Shown one piece after another: positions 17,063 to 25,204 of a stretch of 32,000 bases of DNA (its first letter is position 1; each line of letters opens with the position of its first letter). The translations under genes were made by a program, and so were the position numbers. The notes beneath the pieces were generated by a model, which saw only the letters and a program-made list of their open reading frames with translations, was not told where the DNA came from and ran no database searches. The DNA lies in contig JAPLKZ010000004.1 of NCBI GenBank assembly GCA_026387835.1, forward strand, positions 73,931-105,930. Reading direction: 5' to 3'. Source of the DNA: Candidatus Saganbacteria bacterium (lineage in GTDB: Bacteria > Margulisbacteria > WOR-1 > JAKLHX01).

Positions 17063-17068
17063 TGAGTT

Positions 17069-17845
17069 GTGGAAGATAAAAATTGTTATTCGATAACTGC
17101 CAGGGACCTTTTTAAAGCCTTCGGCAAGACCATTGCCGTTGACCATATCAGTTTCGATGTCTCCTGCGGCCAGTGTTTCGGGCTTCTCGGGCCCAACGGT
17201 GCCGGAAAGACCACGACAATAAACATGCTTGTGACACTATTGAAGCCTACTTCTGGCAGTGCATCAGTAGCCGGATTCGACGTCATAAAGAATAAGAACG
17301 ACGTGAGAAAGAGCATCGGCATCGTTTTTCAGGAACCGGCGCTAGATTCAAAGCTCACCGGCAAGGAAAATCTCGAATTCCACGCAATGATGTACGGCAT
17401 CGGACCGAAAGAAAGGAACGCCAAGATAAAAGACCTCCTGGACCTTGTCGAGCTTACCGAAAAACAAGACGTTCTGGTAAGCAATTATTCGGGCGGCATG
17501 AAAAGGCGGCTTGAGATAGCAAGAGGCCTTATCCAGAAGCCCAAAGTCCTTTTCCTTGACGAACCGACGCTCGGTCTTGATTCGCAGACCAGAAGGCTTA
17601 TATGGGAATATATAAAAAAGCTCAACAAGGAAAAAGGCGTGACGATAATACTGACCACACATTATATGGAGGAAGCCGATTATTTATGCGACAGGATCGC
17701 GATAATCGATCACGGCAAGATCGTCGCGATCGACACACCCGACGAACTCAAAAAGCTTACTGGAAAAGAAGATCTGGAGGACGTGTTCATTCATTTTACG
17801 GGAAATAAGATTAGAAATATCGAAGAAAGGGAGAGATACTGGTAA
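17069..17845 (+). CDS. ABC transporter ATP-binding protein (ABC-2 / DrrA-like exporter subfamily)
   Basis: 258 aa. Walker A GPNGAGKTT, signature YSGGMKRR, Walker B LFLDEPT. GTG start. Confidence 0.9.
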   Translation: MEDKNCYSITARDLFKAFGKTIAVDHISFDVSCGQCFGLLGPNGAGKTTTINMLVTLLKPTSGSASVAGFDVIKNKNDVRKSIGIVFQEPALDSKLTGKENLEFHAMMYGIGPKERNAKIKDLLDLVELTEKQDVLVSNYSGGMKRRLEIARGLIQKPKVLFLDEPTLGLDSQTRRLIWEYIKKLNKEKGVTIILTTHYMEEADYLCDRIAIIDHGKIVAIDTPDELKKLTGKEDLEDVFIHFTGNKIRNIEERERYW

Positions 17846-18627
17846 TGATAGAACTGCGCGCCATCTATATACTCTGGCTTAGGGAAATGAAAAAATTCAC
17901 CCGCGCGAAGGAACGCATAATCGGTTCAATCGCGATGCCGTTCATGTTCCTGGCTTTTCTCGGGTTCGGGTTTGGCAAGATGTCCATTCCCGGACTCGAC
18001 AAGAACATCAGCTATATGAATTACCTCGTGCCCGGAACTATCGGCATGAACATGCTTTTCAGTTCGATGTTCGCCGGGATATCGGTCCTCTGGGACAGGG
18101 AATTCGGCTTCCTCAAGGAGATAATGGTCGCTCCCGTGAGCAGGATCTCGATAGCCCTCGGCCGCATAGCCGGAGGCGCTACTACGGGGATGATCCAGGG
18201 TATTCTGCTCTTTTTCGTCTCTTTCTCCCTCGGGTTCAATATCAGTTATCTCCCGCTGTACAGGATCGTCCCGGGGTTCTTCCTCATGATTGTCTTCATG
18301 GTCCTTATGGCCCTTGTTTTTCTTTCCCTCGGGCTGTCTTTTGCTTCCAATATGAAGGACGCACAGGGGTTTGAACTGATAATCAACTTCGTCATGTTCC
18401 CTCTTTTCTTTTTATCGGGCGCCGTATCGCCTATCAGCAACCTTCCCGTCTGGATAAGGGTATTTTCGTATCTTAATCCCCTGACGTACGGCGTCGACGG
18501 CATCAGGTGGGCTTTGCTCGGCTCGTCGCATTTCCACATCTTCTACGACCTGTTCATCAGCACCCTGGCGGCTTTTTTCATGGTAAGCCTTGCCTCGTAT
18601 TTCTTTGAAAGGAGCGAGGGTGTATAA
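17845..18627 (+). CDS. ABC-2 type transporter permease
   Basis: 260 aa with six predicted TM segments. Overlaps the ATPase stop by 1 nt. Confidence 0.85.
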   Translation: MIELRAIYILWLREMKKFTRAKERIIGSIAMPFMFLAFLGFGFGKMSIPGLDKNISYMNYLVPGTIGMNMLFSSMFAGISVLWDREFGFLKEIMVAPVSRISIALGRIAGGATTGMIQGILLFFVSFSLGFNISYLPLYRIVPGFFLMIVFMVLMALVFLSLGLSFASNMKDAQGFELIINFVMFPLFFLSGAVSPISNLPVWIRVFSYLNPLTYGVDGIRWALLGSSHFHIFYDLFISTLAAFFMVSLASYFFERSEGV

Positions 18628-18629
18628 TT

Positions 18630-19001
18630 ATGCTGATGCAGAAAAATAAGATAAATAACAGGCTTGTTTGTTATTCTGCTCTCATCGCTATTTTGGGAAT
18701 ATTCCTGTACGGGTGCAGCGCAACGCCCGTTCCCGCAGGTCCCCATTCCTTATCCGGGACAGTCAGCGGAGTAAGTCCGGTGACCGTAAATTTGTCCGGC
18801 ACTTCATCGGGCGCCACTACAACATCTTCATCGGGTTATTACAGTTTTACGGGGCTTGATGACGGTTATTATATCGTGAGGCCTTCAAAGACGGGATATT
18901 CCTTTACTCCTTATAGCAGGACTGTCACGGTCGCAAGCGCCGACGCCACGGGCATCAATTTTGATTTAAATGGTCCTCCTGAAACTTCTGAAGCAGAGTA
19001 A
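18630..19001 (+). CDS. lipoprotein with carboxypeptidase-regulatory-like (Ig-like beta-sandwich) domain
   Basis: 123 aa. Signal peptide with a lipobox-like FLYGC. YYSFTGLDDGYYIVRPSKTGYSFTP is typical of CarboxypepD_reg-type domains. The start is 2 nt after the permease stop. Confidence 0.65.
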   Translation: MLMQKNKINNRLVCYSALIAILGIFLYGCSATPVPAGPHSLSGTVSGVSPVTVNLSGTSSGATTTSSSGYYSFTGLDDGYYIVRPSKTGYSFTPYSRTVTVASADATGINFDLNGPPETSEAE

Positions 19002-19024
19002 AAGTCATGGCCCGGCGGCCAACA

Positions 19025-19312
19025 TTAAACCGGAAACTTATTTTTATTCCTGTGGATTTCCTGGACTAAGAACGAACCGGGGACTGAGTTCATTTTAGCA
19101 AGCAGCACGTTGAAAGATTCTTCGCCGCTCTTTTCGTTTGGGATATCCGGTTTGCTCTTCACTAAATTGACTATACTATCCGCCATATTTTTTACTTTGT
19201 TCACTGCGGATGAATAATATGCCGCAACCGTCTTTGGACCAACACTTTCTGTTTTTACCATGGGACAGGTCCTCTTATATTCCTGACTATCTATCGCATC
19301 CTTAAGAGACAT
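19025..19312 (-). CDS. hypothetical protein (95 aa; doubtful)
   Basis: Internal ATG of track ORF 19025..19486. The upstream 58 codons overlap the terminator of the preceding gene. No SD, no recognisable motif and no hydrophobic segment. Confidence 0.3.
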   Translation of the reverse strand: MSLKDAIDSQEYKRTCPMVKTESVGPKTVAAYYSSAVNKVKNMADSIVNLVKSKPDIPNEKSGEESFNVLLAKMNSVPGSFLVQEIHRNKNKFPV

Positions 19313-19461
19313 ACTTGCGTGTTTTTGGGCTGTTTCCCTGCCAATATTTTGTTCAGCCCGGCTCCTCAATCTTCTGGTGCCTGTGGCCGATGAGGCTGTA
19401 CACGCAGGGCGATTATATATAATGTAAGGACCGTCGAGACAAAAAGCGTTTAATTGAGGGG

Positions 19462-19496
19462 ATTTTAAAATAAATGAGGCTCTCATCAGAGAGCCC
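19462..19496 (-). terminator. intrinsic terminator of the outer-membrane protein gene
   Basis: The minus strand reads GGGGCTCTC-tgat-GAGAGCCTC, followed by ATTTATTTTAAAAT. It begins 27 nt after the stop codon at 19523. Confidence 0.65.
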
Positions 19497-19522
19497 CATT
19501 GTTATTCCTGAAAATTCAGATA

Positions 19523-20284
19523 CTAGAATTTGATCCCGTATCCGATCTTAAGATCGAGACCTTTCAATGCCGGCTGGTCAGCAGCGTATTTAAGTCCGCT
19601 GTAACCGAGCTCGAAATTGACTATTCCCATTTCCGGGACGTTATAGTTTGCACCAAGGTATGCTTCCACACCCCAGCTGCCTGTACTGCCACCACTGACT
19701 TTCACAGGATAGAGACCGGCACCTCCTACATACCATGTGAGCGGAACGCCCAAAGCCGGCATGAACGGAGTGATATAATAAACGGCGCCGAGCTTCGCGG
19801 AAACAACTTTAAAGCTGTCATTCCCGTTAGGATTCGTGCCTGAAAGATAATTGGCTCCTATCCTTACGCTTAAGCCCTGAACAACTGAACCTGACAGATC
19901 GTAATCAAGATTGCCTGCAAAGCCGATCAGACCTGCATCAAGCCCGCCGTTGATATAAAGACCGAGACCTCTGCCTGCTTTTGCAGGAGGAGTTACTATT
20001 ACAACCGGGGTGGGATTGACTATTATGGTAGCCGGTGTCGGCGCAACCACCTTCGACGCTTTTAATTTGTTCCAGCGAGCGAGAGTTGCAGCTTTTTCGG
20101 CATGTAACTGATTAACTTTTGCCGCGTCTGTGGTTTTCTTGGCCTTGGCAAGCTTCGCGTCAATTACATTCAGGTAATTCCTGACCGCTTGCGCTTCATC
20201 TTCCATGGCAGTACTGCCTAAAGTCACGCTGGCAACGGCTGCCACAAAAACTAAAGCAACGAAATAAATAACAAAATTCTTCAT
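19523..20284 (-). CDS. outer-membrane beta-barrel protein with N-terminal helical and Pro-rich periplasmic segment
   Basis: 253 aa. Signal peptide, a coiled-coil-like region (EDEAQAVRNYLNVIDAKLAKAKK...), then a PTPATIIVNPTPVVIVTPP linker. Alternating-hydrophobic strands end in a C-terminal aromatic (...IGYGIKF). Strong SD GGAGGTGA. Confidence 0.7.
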   Translation of the reverse strand: MKNFVIYFVALVFVAAVASVTLGSTAMEDEAQAVRNYLNVIDAKLAKAKKTTDAAKVNQLHAEKAATLARWNKLKASKVVAPTPATIIVNPTPVVIVTPPAKAGRGLGLYINGGLDAGLIGFAGNLDYDLSGSVVQGLSVRIGANYLSGTNPNGNDSFKVVSAKLGAVYYITPFMPALGVPLTWYVGGAGLYPVKVSGGSTGSWGVEAYLGANYNVPEMGIVNFELGYSGLKYAADQPALKGLDLKIGYGIKF

Positions 20285-20321
20285 TCTTTCTCACCTCCTT
20301 TTACATTAGATTTAGACATGT

Positions 20322-20774
20322 TTAATGCTTGTGTCCGCGGCCTTCATTACTACGGCCTTGATCATTACGATCTCCATTATTCTGGGACTGCTTTTTCCAC
20401 TGACCGTAATTAATGGGACGTTCTTTCTTATAGACTTCGCGGTAATTCTTAGGAACTTTGAACAAATACCCGGGCACATAGTTGCGTTGCACAACGCCCC
20501 ACGGACCATTATACTGCCTTGCCCTGTACCAGCTATTGCCTCTCGGAGACCACCAGTAGCCGTTATAGAAGAAGACGTCATAACTGATGCCCGGCACAAA
20601 GTAGATCCCATACTGCGGCATCATGACCACTTGCGGAGGTTCTGACACTACTATCGGCGGCGGACCTATATTTATGTTGACATTGACTTCCGCTTGAACC
20701 GTTCCCATTGACCCAATGACCATGAACGCGAATACTAAAACAAATCCAAATAAACCGCAAAGACTTTTTTTCAT
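20322..20774 (-). CDS. secreted hypothetical protein, aromatic-rich (Y/W) core and charged C-terminal tail
   Basis: 150 aa. Signal peptide MKKSLCGLFGFVLVFAFMVIGSMGTVQA. Core YFVPGISYDVFFYNGYWWSPRGNSWYRARQYNGPWGVV. A TAGTATAAT box and an AGGAAA SD lie upstream. Confidence 0.6.
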   Translation of the reverse strand: MKKSLCGLFGFVLVFAFMVIGSMGTVQAEVNVNINIGPPPIVVSEPPQVVMMPQYGIYFVPGISYDVFFYNGYWWSPRGNSWYRARQYNGPWGVVQRNYVPGYLFKVPKNYREVYKKERPINYGQWKKQSQNNGDRNDQGRSNEGRGHKH

Positions 20775-20806
20775 GTTTATTTTCCTTTCATTATACTATA
20801 TTCATA

Positions 20807-21223
20807 TTAGAAATAATAACCCGCCTGCAACTGCAGTCTTCCGGACCTGACTGCGTCTACGCCGACTTCAAGGAACAAGGGTGTCACATCGAGAAACCGT
20901 TCAAAAATAAGGGAAATATAAGGGCCGGCATCTGAATTATTGCCCAGATATCCCACCAGCCCGCCGCTCAAGAACATCGGATATCTGTTGTTTATATTGC
21001 TAAGGAAAAATTTCCCTCCGATAAAGATGATCCCCGGGTTATTTGACGTGCTGATTTCAGCCCCTAATCTTAACGTTGCGTTATTTGCGGGGCCGCTTTC
21101 GAGCATTATCCCCAGCGCCGCGCCGTCCCTTATCCCGCCTATCACTGCGGGCCTGAATGCCAGACACTGCGATCCAAACAAAAGAACAAACAAAACGGCT
21201 GCAAAAACTAGGCTTTTTTTCAT
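20807..21223 (-). CDS. small outer-membrane beta-barrel protein
   Basis: 138 aa. Signal peptide, amphipathic beta-strand pattern and C-terminal ...LQAGYYF. Confidence 0.6.
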   Translation of the reverse strand: MKKSLVFAAVLFVLLFGSQCLAFRPAVIGGIRDGAALGIMLESGPANNATLRLGAEISTSNNPGIIFIGGKFFLSNINNRYPMFLSGGLVGYLGNNSDAGPYISLIFERFLDVTPLFLEVGVDAVRSGRLQLQAGYYF

Positions 21224-21281
21224 TTTCCTTTTTCTTTTCCTTTCTTTACCGTCGGATATTTTTTCATTTCTTATTATTCTT

Positions 21282-21455
21282 TTAGATTCCGGTCTTAACT
21301 TTCTTAATTACTGTTTCGTTGGGAAGATAGCCGATCAATGCCTTTTCCACAAGATTAGTCAAAGTTAAATCCTCAACAACAGCCTGAGCTCTAGCGTGCT
21401 TAGCAATGGAAGGGTTAATAAAAAGGGTTAGCCGTTGTTTTTTATTAGTCGTCAT
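21282..21455 (-). CDS. ribbon-helix-helix (CopG/antitoxin-like) DNA-binding protein, 57 aa
   Basis: Taken from ATG 21455; the track ORF starts at TTG 21491. MTTNKKQRLTLFINPSIAKHARAQAVVEDLTLTNLVEKALIGYL fits a beta-strand, helix, helix RHH layout. Confidence 0.55.
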   Translation of the reverse strand: MTTNKKQRLTLFINPSIAKHARAQAVVEDLTLTNLVEKALIGYLPNETVIKKVKTGI

Positions 21456-21491
21456 ACTACATATACTACATCTAGTTGTAGTGGTTGTCAA
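21456..21491 (-). promoter_or_regulatory. sigma-70-type promoter TTGACA-N17-TAGTAT, ending 7 nt before the RHH ATG and overlapped by ACTACA/TGTAGT repeats
   Basis: The minus strand reads TTGACA ACCACTACAACTAGATG TAGTAT ATGTAGT ATG. The TGTAGT/ACTACA half-sites overlap the spacer and the -10 box. Confidence 0.45.
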
Positions 21492-21512
21492 GCGCTGATT
21501 GAAAAACCAAGC

Positions 21513-21791
21513 TTACTTCCGTTTTGAAGAGGCTTTCGGGATTTTTTTATCCTTTTTTATCAAAGCTAATTTTTTCGTTCTCGACCACCTTTTTATCTGC
21601 GCCTCTCTTTTTAAGGCTTTACTGCGGTTTTTGCAAGCTTCATGATAACGGATCTTTAAAGCCGGGTTATACGAAGTGTAATGTCCGCCTTTTCCCGTCT
21701 TGTGCTCGTTAAACCGCCTTTTGACATCGGTCGTGATGCCGGTATAAAGAGCTTTATTTTTGCATTCGATGATGTAGAGGAAGTATGGCAT
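21513..21791 (-). CDS. GIY-YIG nuclease family protein (UPF0213/YhbQ-like)
   Basis: YFLYIIECKNKALYTGITTDVKRRFNEHKTGKG matches the GIY-(10)-YIG ... R ... E/H motif series. ATG 21791 is preferred; the alternative TTG 21809 would overlap the kdpE stop by 8 nt. Confidence 0.8.
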   Translation of the reverse strand: MPYFLYIIECKNKALYTGITTDVKRRFNEHKTGKGGHYTSYNPALKIRYHEACKNRSKALKREAQIKRWSRTKKLALIKKDKKIPKASSKRK

Positions 21792-21801
21792 TCCTTCTGT
21801 A

Positions 21802-22485
21802 TTATTCAATACTTAATCTATATCCGACCCCTGGTTCGGTAATGATAATATTTGATAAAGAATATTTATCCAGCTTCTTTCTGAGCTGCCCAAAATAGAT
21901 CCTTAAATAATGAGACTGGTTAACAGCATTATTCCCCCATACCTCTTTAAGGAGATGTTTTTGAGTGACGATACGCCCTTCATTATGCGCAAGTATTTTT
22001 AAAAGGTCATATTCTGTTGCGGTAAGCTTAAGCAGTTCTCCGTTTATCCAAACACTGCGTGTGCCGAGATCGATCTTTAAGGGGCCGCTTTCAAATACCG
22101 GCTCTTTTTTAAGGTTAAGGCTGTGCCGGAGCGCGACCCTCACCCTGACGGAAAGTTCCTTAGCGCTAAAGGGCTTTGTCAGATAGTCATCTGCTCCGGC
22201 GTCAAGAAGCTGCACTTTATCGGAATCGGAACCTTTGACGGTAAGTATTATCACAGGCGTTTTCGATCTTTCCCTTATTTTGCCAAGAACATCGATCCCG
22301 TCCATATCCGGAAGGCCCAGGTCTAAAATAACGATATCCGGTCTGACGGAATCGAACTGTAAAAGACCGTCTTTCCCTGTCTTTGCAAGATAGATAGAGT
22401 ACCCGTCGGTTGAAAGGCTAACATCCAGAAGCCTGCGGATCGATTTCTCATCATCGATTACAAGTATCTTAGCTCCGCTATTCAT
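21802..22485 (-). CDS. kdpE: two-component response regulator KdpE (OmpR family)
   Basis: 227 aa. Receiver domain (ILVIDDE...LDLGLPDMDG) plus a winged-helix output domain (GVGYRL). Overlaps kdpD by 8 nt. Confidence 0.9.
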   Translation of the reverse strand: MNSGAKILVIDDEKSIRRLLDVSLSTDGYSIYLAKTGKDGLLQFDSVRPDIVILDLGLPDMDGIDVLGKIRERSKTPVIILTVKGSDSDKVQLLDAGADDYLTKPFSAKELSVRVRVALRHSLNLKKEPVFESGPLKIDLGTRSVWINGELLKLTATEYDLLKILAHNEGRIVTQKHLLKEVWGNNAVNQSHYLRIYFGQLRKKLDKYSLSNIIITEPGVGYRLSIE

Positions 22486-25204
22486 ATTGACCTGCCATCA
22501 TATCCGGCTGCTTTTCCACAGGCAGAGATATTTTAAATTCAAGGCCCCCGCCCTTTTTGTTAGCTGAAAATATAAAACCGCCGTGAGCTTCTATAATACT
22601 TTTTGTTAGTGTAAGCCCCAAACCTACACCTCCCGCGGGAGAACCTTTCACCCGGTAGAACTTTTCAAAAATATGCACAAGCTGGTCTTCACTGATACCC
22701 GGACCATTATCGGATATTTCAAGAATGAGATCATCATCTTTAAGAAATGATCTTATTTTTATCTCGGATCCTTCAGGCGTATAGTTGATCGCGTTTATCA
22801 ATATATTGCTCACGGCCTGTTCGAACAGGTTAAAGTCAAGCATTACAAGCGGAAGTCCTTCTTTTATTTCTATTGATAGTTTATGACCTTTTAGTTTTTC
22901 TCTCAACTGCTTCACCGACACATCAATGATCTCTCCTATGTCGTTCCATTCTCTTTTAAGGGTAAATGAGCCGGAGTTGATCCTGGACATATCAAGGATG
23001 TTCCCGACTACATTATTCAATCTGTCAACAGATTCAAGAAGCTCTTTTATCAGGTCTTCCCTCACGGTTTTATCCTGATTGATCTTTTCCTCGTTTAAAG
23101 CGGATGCTATCCCGCCTATTGAAGTTAGAGGGGTCCTCATTTCGTGCGAGATGCTCTCGAGTATCGTCTGCAGCATCTTCTCCGACTTTTCAAGCTCCTG
23201 GACTTGTTTTGACCTTTCCCTGAAAAGCTCTTTTTCAAGATATACAGCGATCTGTTTTGATATTGCCGCTATTAAGTTGGCCTGCTCCTGATTGAGTTTT
23301 TCTTCTTTATATGGCCTGTATGCCAGAATACCGACCGTCTCTGAAGGGCCTTTCAAGGGAATATAGATGGCTTTTGCGGACATCAAAGTTTCAGTGGACC
23401 ATCCTGCCGGAGTCCCTTTATCAAAAGACCATTTAGCCACGGAGAGCTCCTTTTTATCTGCGAATACGTCAGCTCTTCCTTCTATAGTTTTGTCAAATTC
23501 TTGCATGGCATCCTTAGCAATAATATAAAAATCTCCCGGAAGCATTGTGTTCATCTGTTTTTGTATCTCTTCTATGCAGGATCTTTTGTCAGCAGCTCCC
23601 GCAATCGTGTAAACGATCTTATAGATCGCGTCATTCCACGAAGACCGGACAAGAAGCATCTTTTCGTTAGTCCTTACCCTGTATGTCAGAAATCCCGCAA
23701 CTATCGCAGTGAAGAAAAATGTCAGGTGCATCAGGAGGTCTTCCGGTCTTGATATCGAAAGTGTCCCGAACGGCGGTATAAAAAAGAAGTTCCATGTCAG
23801 GGCACAGATAAGGGACGCGATCACTATCGGAATAAATGAAACGAACAGGCTGATAAATAATACTGCAAGAAGATATATGAACCCTATCGCCCTGTATCCG
23901 GTATAGGGGGCTAAGAGCAATGATACTCCGGTCACAAAAGCGACTACCCATAAGATCATGAAATATTCCATGAATGACGACCGGAAATCAACCTTGAATT
24001 TTATAGAGCTGTAACTTGGCTGCGGCGTCTCTCCTGATTCGGTCTTTAAAGGTATTACGTGCACGGCTATGTTCTTCGTCTCTCGCAGCAGTCTGTTTAT
24101 CAAAGAACCTCTGATAAAAGATTCAAAATAGTTTTTATCCGAATGGCCCAGGACTATTTGCGTTATATGTTTCTGCTTAGCGAACTTCAATATCTCGCCG
24201 AATATGCTCCTTCCCATCAACGTAACCGTTTTCGCCCCAAACTGCTCCGCCAGCGCAAAGTGGTTCTCGGTCTGTTCTTTTTCGCTCTGGCTCCACTTCC
24301 CGTAAAATACGTTCTCAAGTTCTACCGCCACGACGAACCAGTCGCATTTGTATCTTTTTGCCATTGCGGCACCGCGCCTGATAAGCTTGTTCGAATTGGT
24401 CCCCGGACCTATGCAGACCATTATCCTTTCGGTGGTCTGCCAGTTCTCGTTGATATTGTGCGCCTGCATGTACTGTTCAAGTTCTTCATCCACTTCCTGT
24501 GCTGTCTGCCGGAGAGAGATCTCCCGCAGCGCATTCAGATTACCTTTTCTGAAGAAGTTCGACAAAGCTTCGTCTATCTTATCGAGCTTGTAAACATCTC
24601 CCCGTTTCAACCTGTTGATGAGAGCTTCTATCGTGATGTCGACCGCGACTATTTCATCTGCTTTTTCGACGATCTTGTCAGGAATAGTTTCCCGGACGGT
24701 GACCCCCGTTATCTGCTTGATCGTATCCACAAGGCTTTCCATATGCTGCACATTAAGAGTGGTTATTACGTTTATCCCCGCATCAAGTATTTCCGCGACA
24801 TCCTCATAGCGTTTTTTATTTTTTGAACCGGGAACATTTGTATGGGCAAGTTCATCCACAAGAACACTCCGGGGATGCCGTTTGATGATGGCATCTGTAT
24901 CCATTTCCTCCAGGATTTTTCCCGAATATTCAATCTTTTTTTTAGGGATTATTTGAAGTTTACCGATCTGATTTTTCGTGTCCGGCCTGTCATGGGGTTC
25001 AAAATAGCCGATAACTATATCTTCTCCGCGAACCAGTCGCCTGTTGCCTTCATTGAGCATTGAATAGGTCTTGCCGACCCCCGGAGCGTATCCGATGAAT
25101 ATCTTTAACTTTCCTCTCTGCTCCTCCGGAGGGGTCGCGATCTTTAAAGCTTCTTCCGGTGTCAGTCTTTTTGAAAAGTCTTCCATATTATTTCTCAAAC
25201 TCAT
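22478..25204 (-). CDS. kdpD: sensor histidine kinase KdpD
   Basis: 908 aa. N-terminal KdpD domain with P-loop GYAPGVGKT, a Usp-like region, four TM helices, GAF-like region, HisKA (SHEMRTPL) and HATPase_c (DNGPGI, GGVGLGL). Confidence 0.95.
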   Translation of the reverse strand: MSLRNNMEDFSKRLTPEEALKIATPPEEQRGKLKIFIGYAPGVGKTYSMLNEGNRRLVRGEDIVIGYFEPHDRPDTKNQIGKLQIIPKKKIEYSGKILEEMDTDAIIKRHPRSVLVDELAHTNVPGSKNKKRYEDVAEILDAGINVITTLNVQHMESLVDTIKQITGVTVRETIPDKIVEKADEIVAVDITIEALINRLKRGDVYKLDKIDEALSNFFRKGNLNALREISLRQTAQEVDEELEQYMQAHNINENWQTTERIMVCIGPGTNSNKLIRRGAAMAKRYKCDWFVVAVELENVFYGKWSQSEKEQTENHFALAEQFGAKTVTLMGRSIFGEILKFAKQKHITQIVLGHSDKNYFESFIRGSLINRLLRETKNIAVHVIPLKTESGETPQPSYSSIKFKVDFRSSFMEYFMILWVVAFVTGVSLLLAPYTGYRAIGFIYLLAVLFISLFVSFIPIVIASLICALTWNFFFIPPFGTLSISRPEDLLMHLTFFFTAIVAGFLTYRVRTNEKMLLVRSSWNDAIYKIVYTIAGAADKRSCIEEIQKQMNTMLPGDFYIIAKDAMQEFDKTIEGRADVFADKKELSVAKWSFDKGTPAGWSTETLMSAKAIYIPLKGPSETVGILAYRPYKEEKLNQEQANLIAAISKQIAVYLEKELFRERSKQVQELEKSEKMLQTILESISHEMRTPLTSIGGIASALNEEKINQDKTVREDLIKELLESVDRLNNVVGNILDMSRINSGSFTLKREWNDIGEIIDVSVKQLREKLKGHKLSIEIKEGLPLVMLDFNLFEQAVSNILINAINYTPEGSEIKIRSFLKDDDLILEISDNGPGISEDQLVHIFEKFYRVKGSPAGGVGLGLTLTKSIIEAHGGFIFSANKKGGGLEFKISLPVEKQPDMMAGQYE

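Noticed and set aside
19313-19486. Full-length 153-aa version of ORF 19025..19486
   Set aside because: Its first codons lie within the stem-loop and T-tract of the terminator for gene 19523..20284, so transcription and translation from there is implausible. Only the shorter version is kept, at low confidence.
24059-24826. 255-aa plus-strand ORF. Similar long shadow ORFs occur at 27179..27850, 11078..11752, 30769..31128 and 31001..31618
   Set aside because: All are antisense to strongly supported genes (kdpD, kdpB, the G3P dehydrogenase subunit, nadB) and lack motifs or plausible starts.
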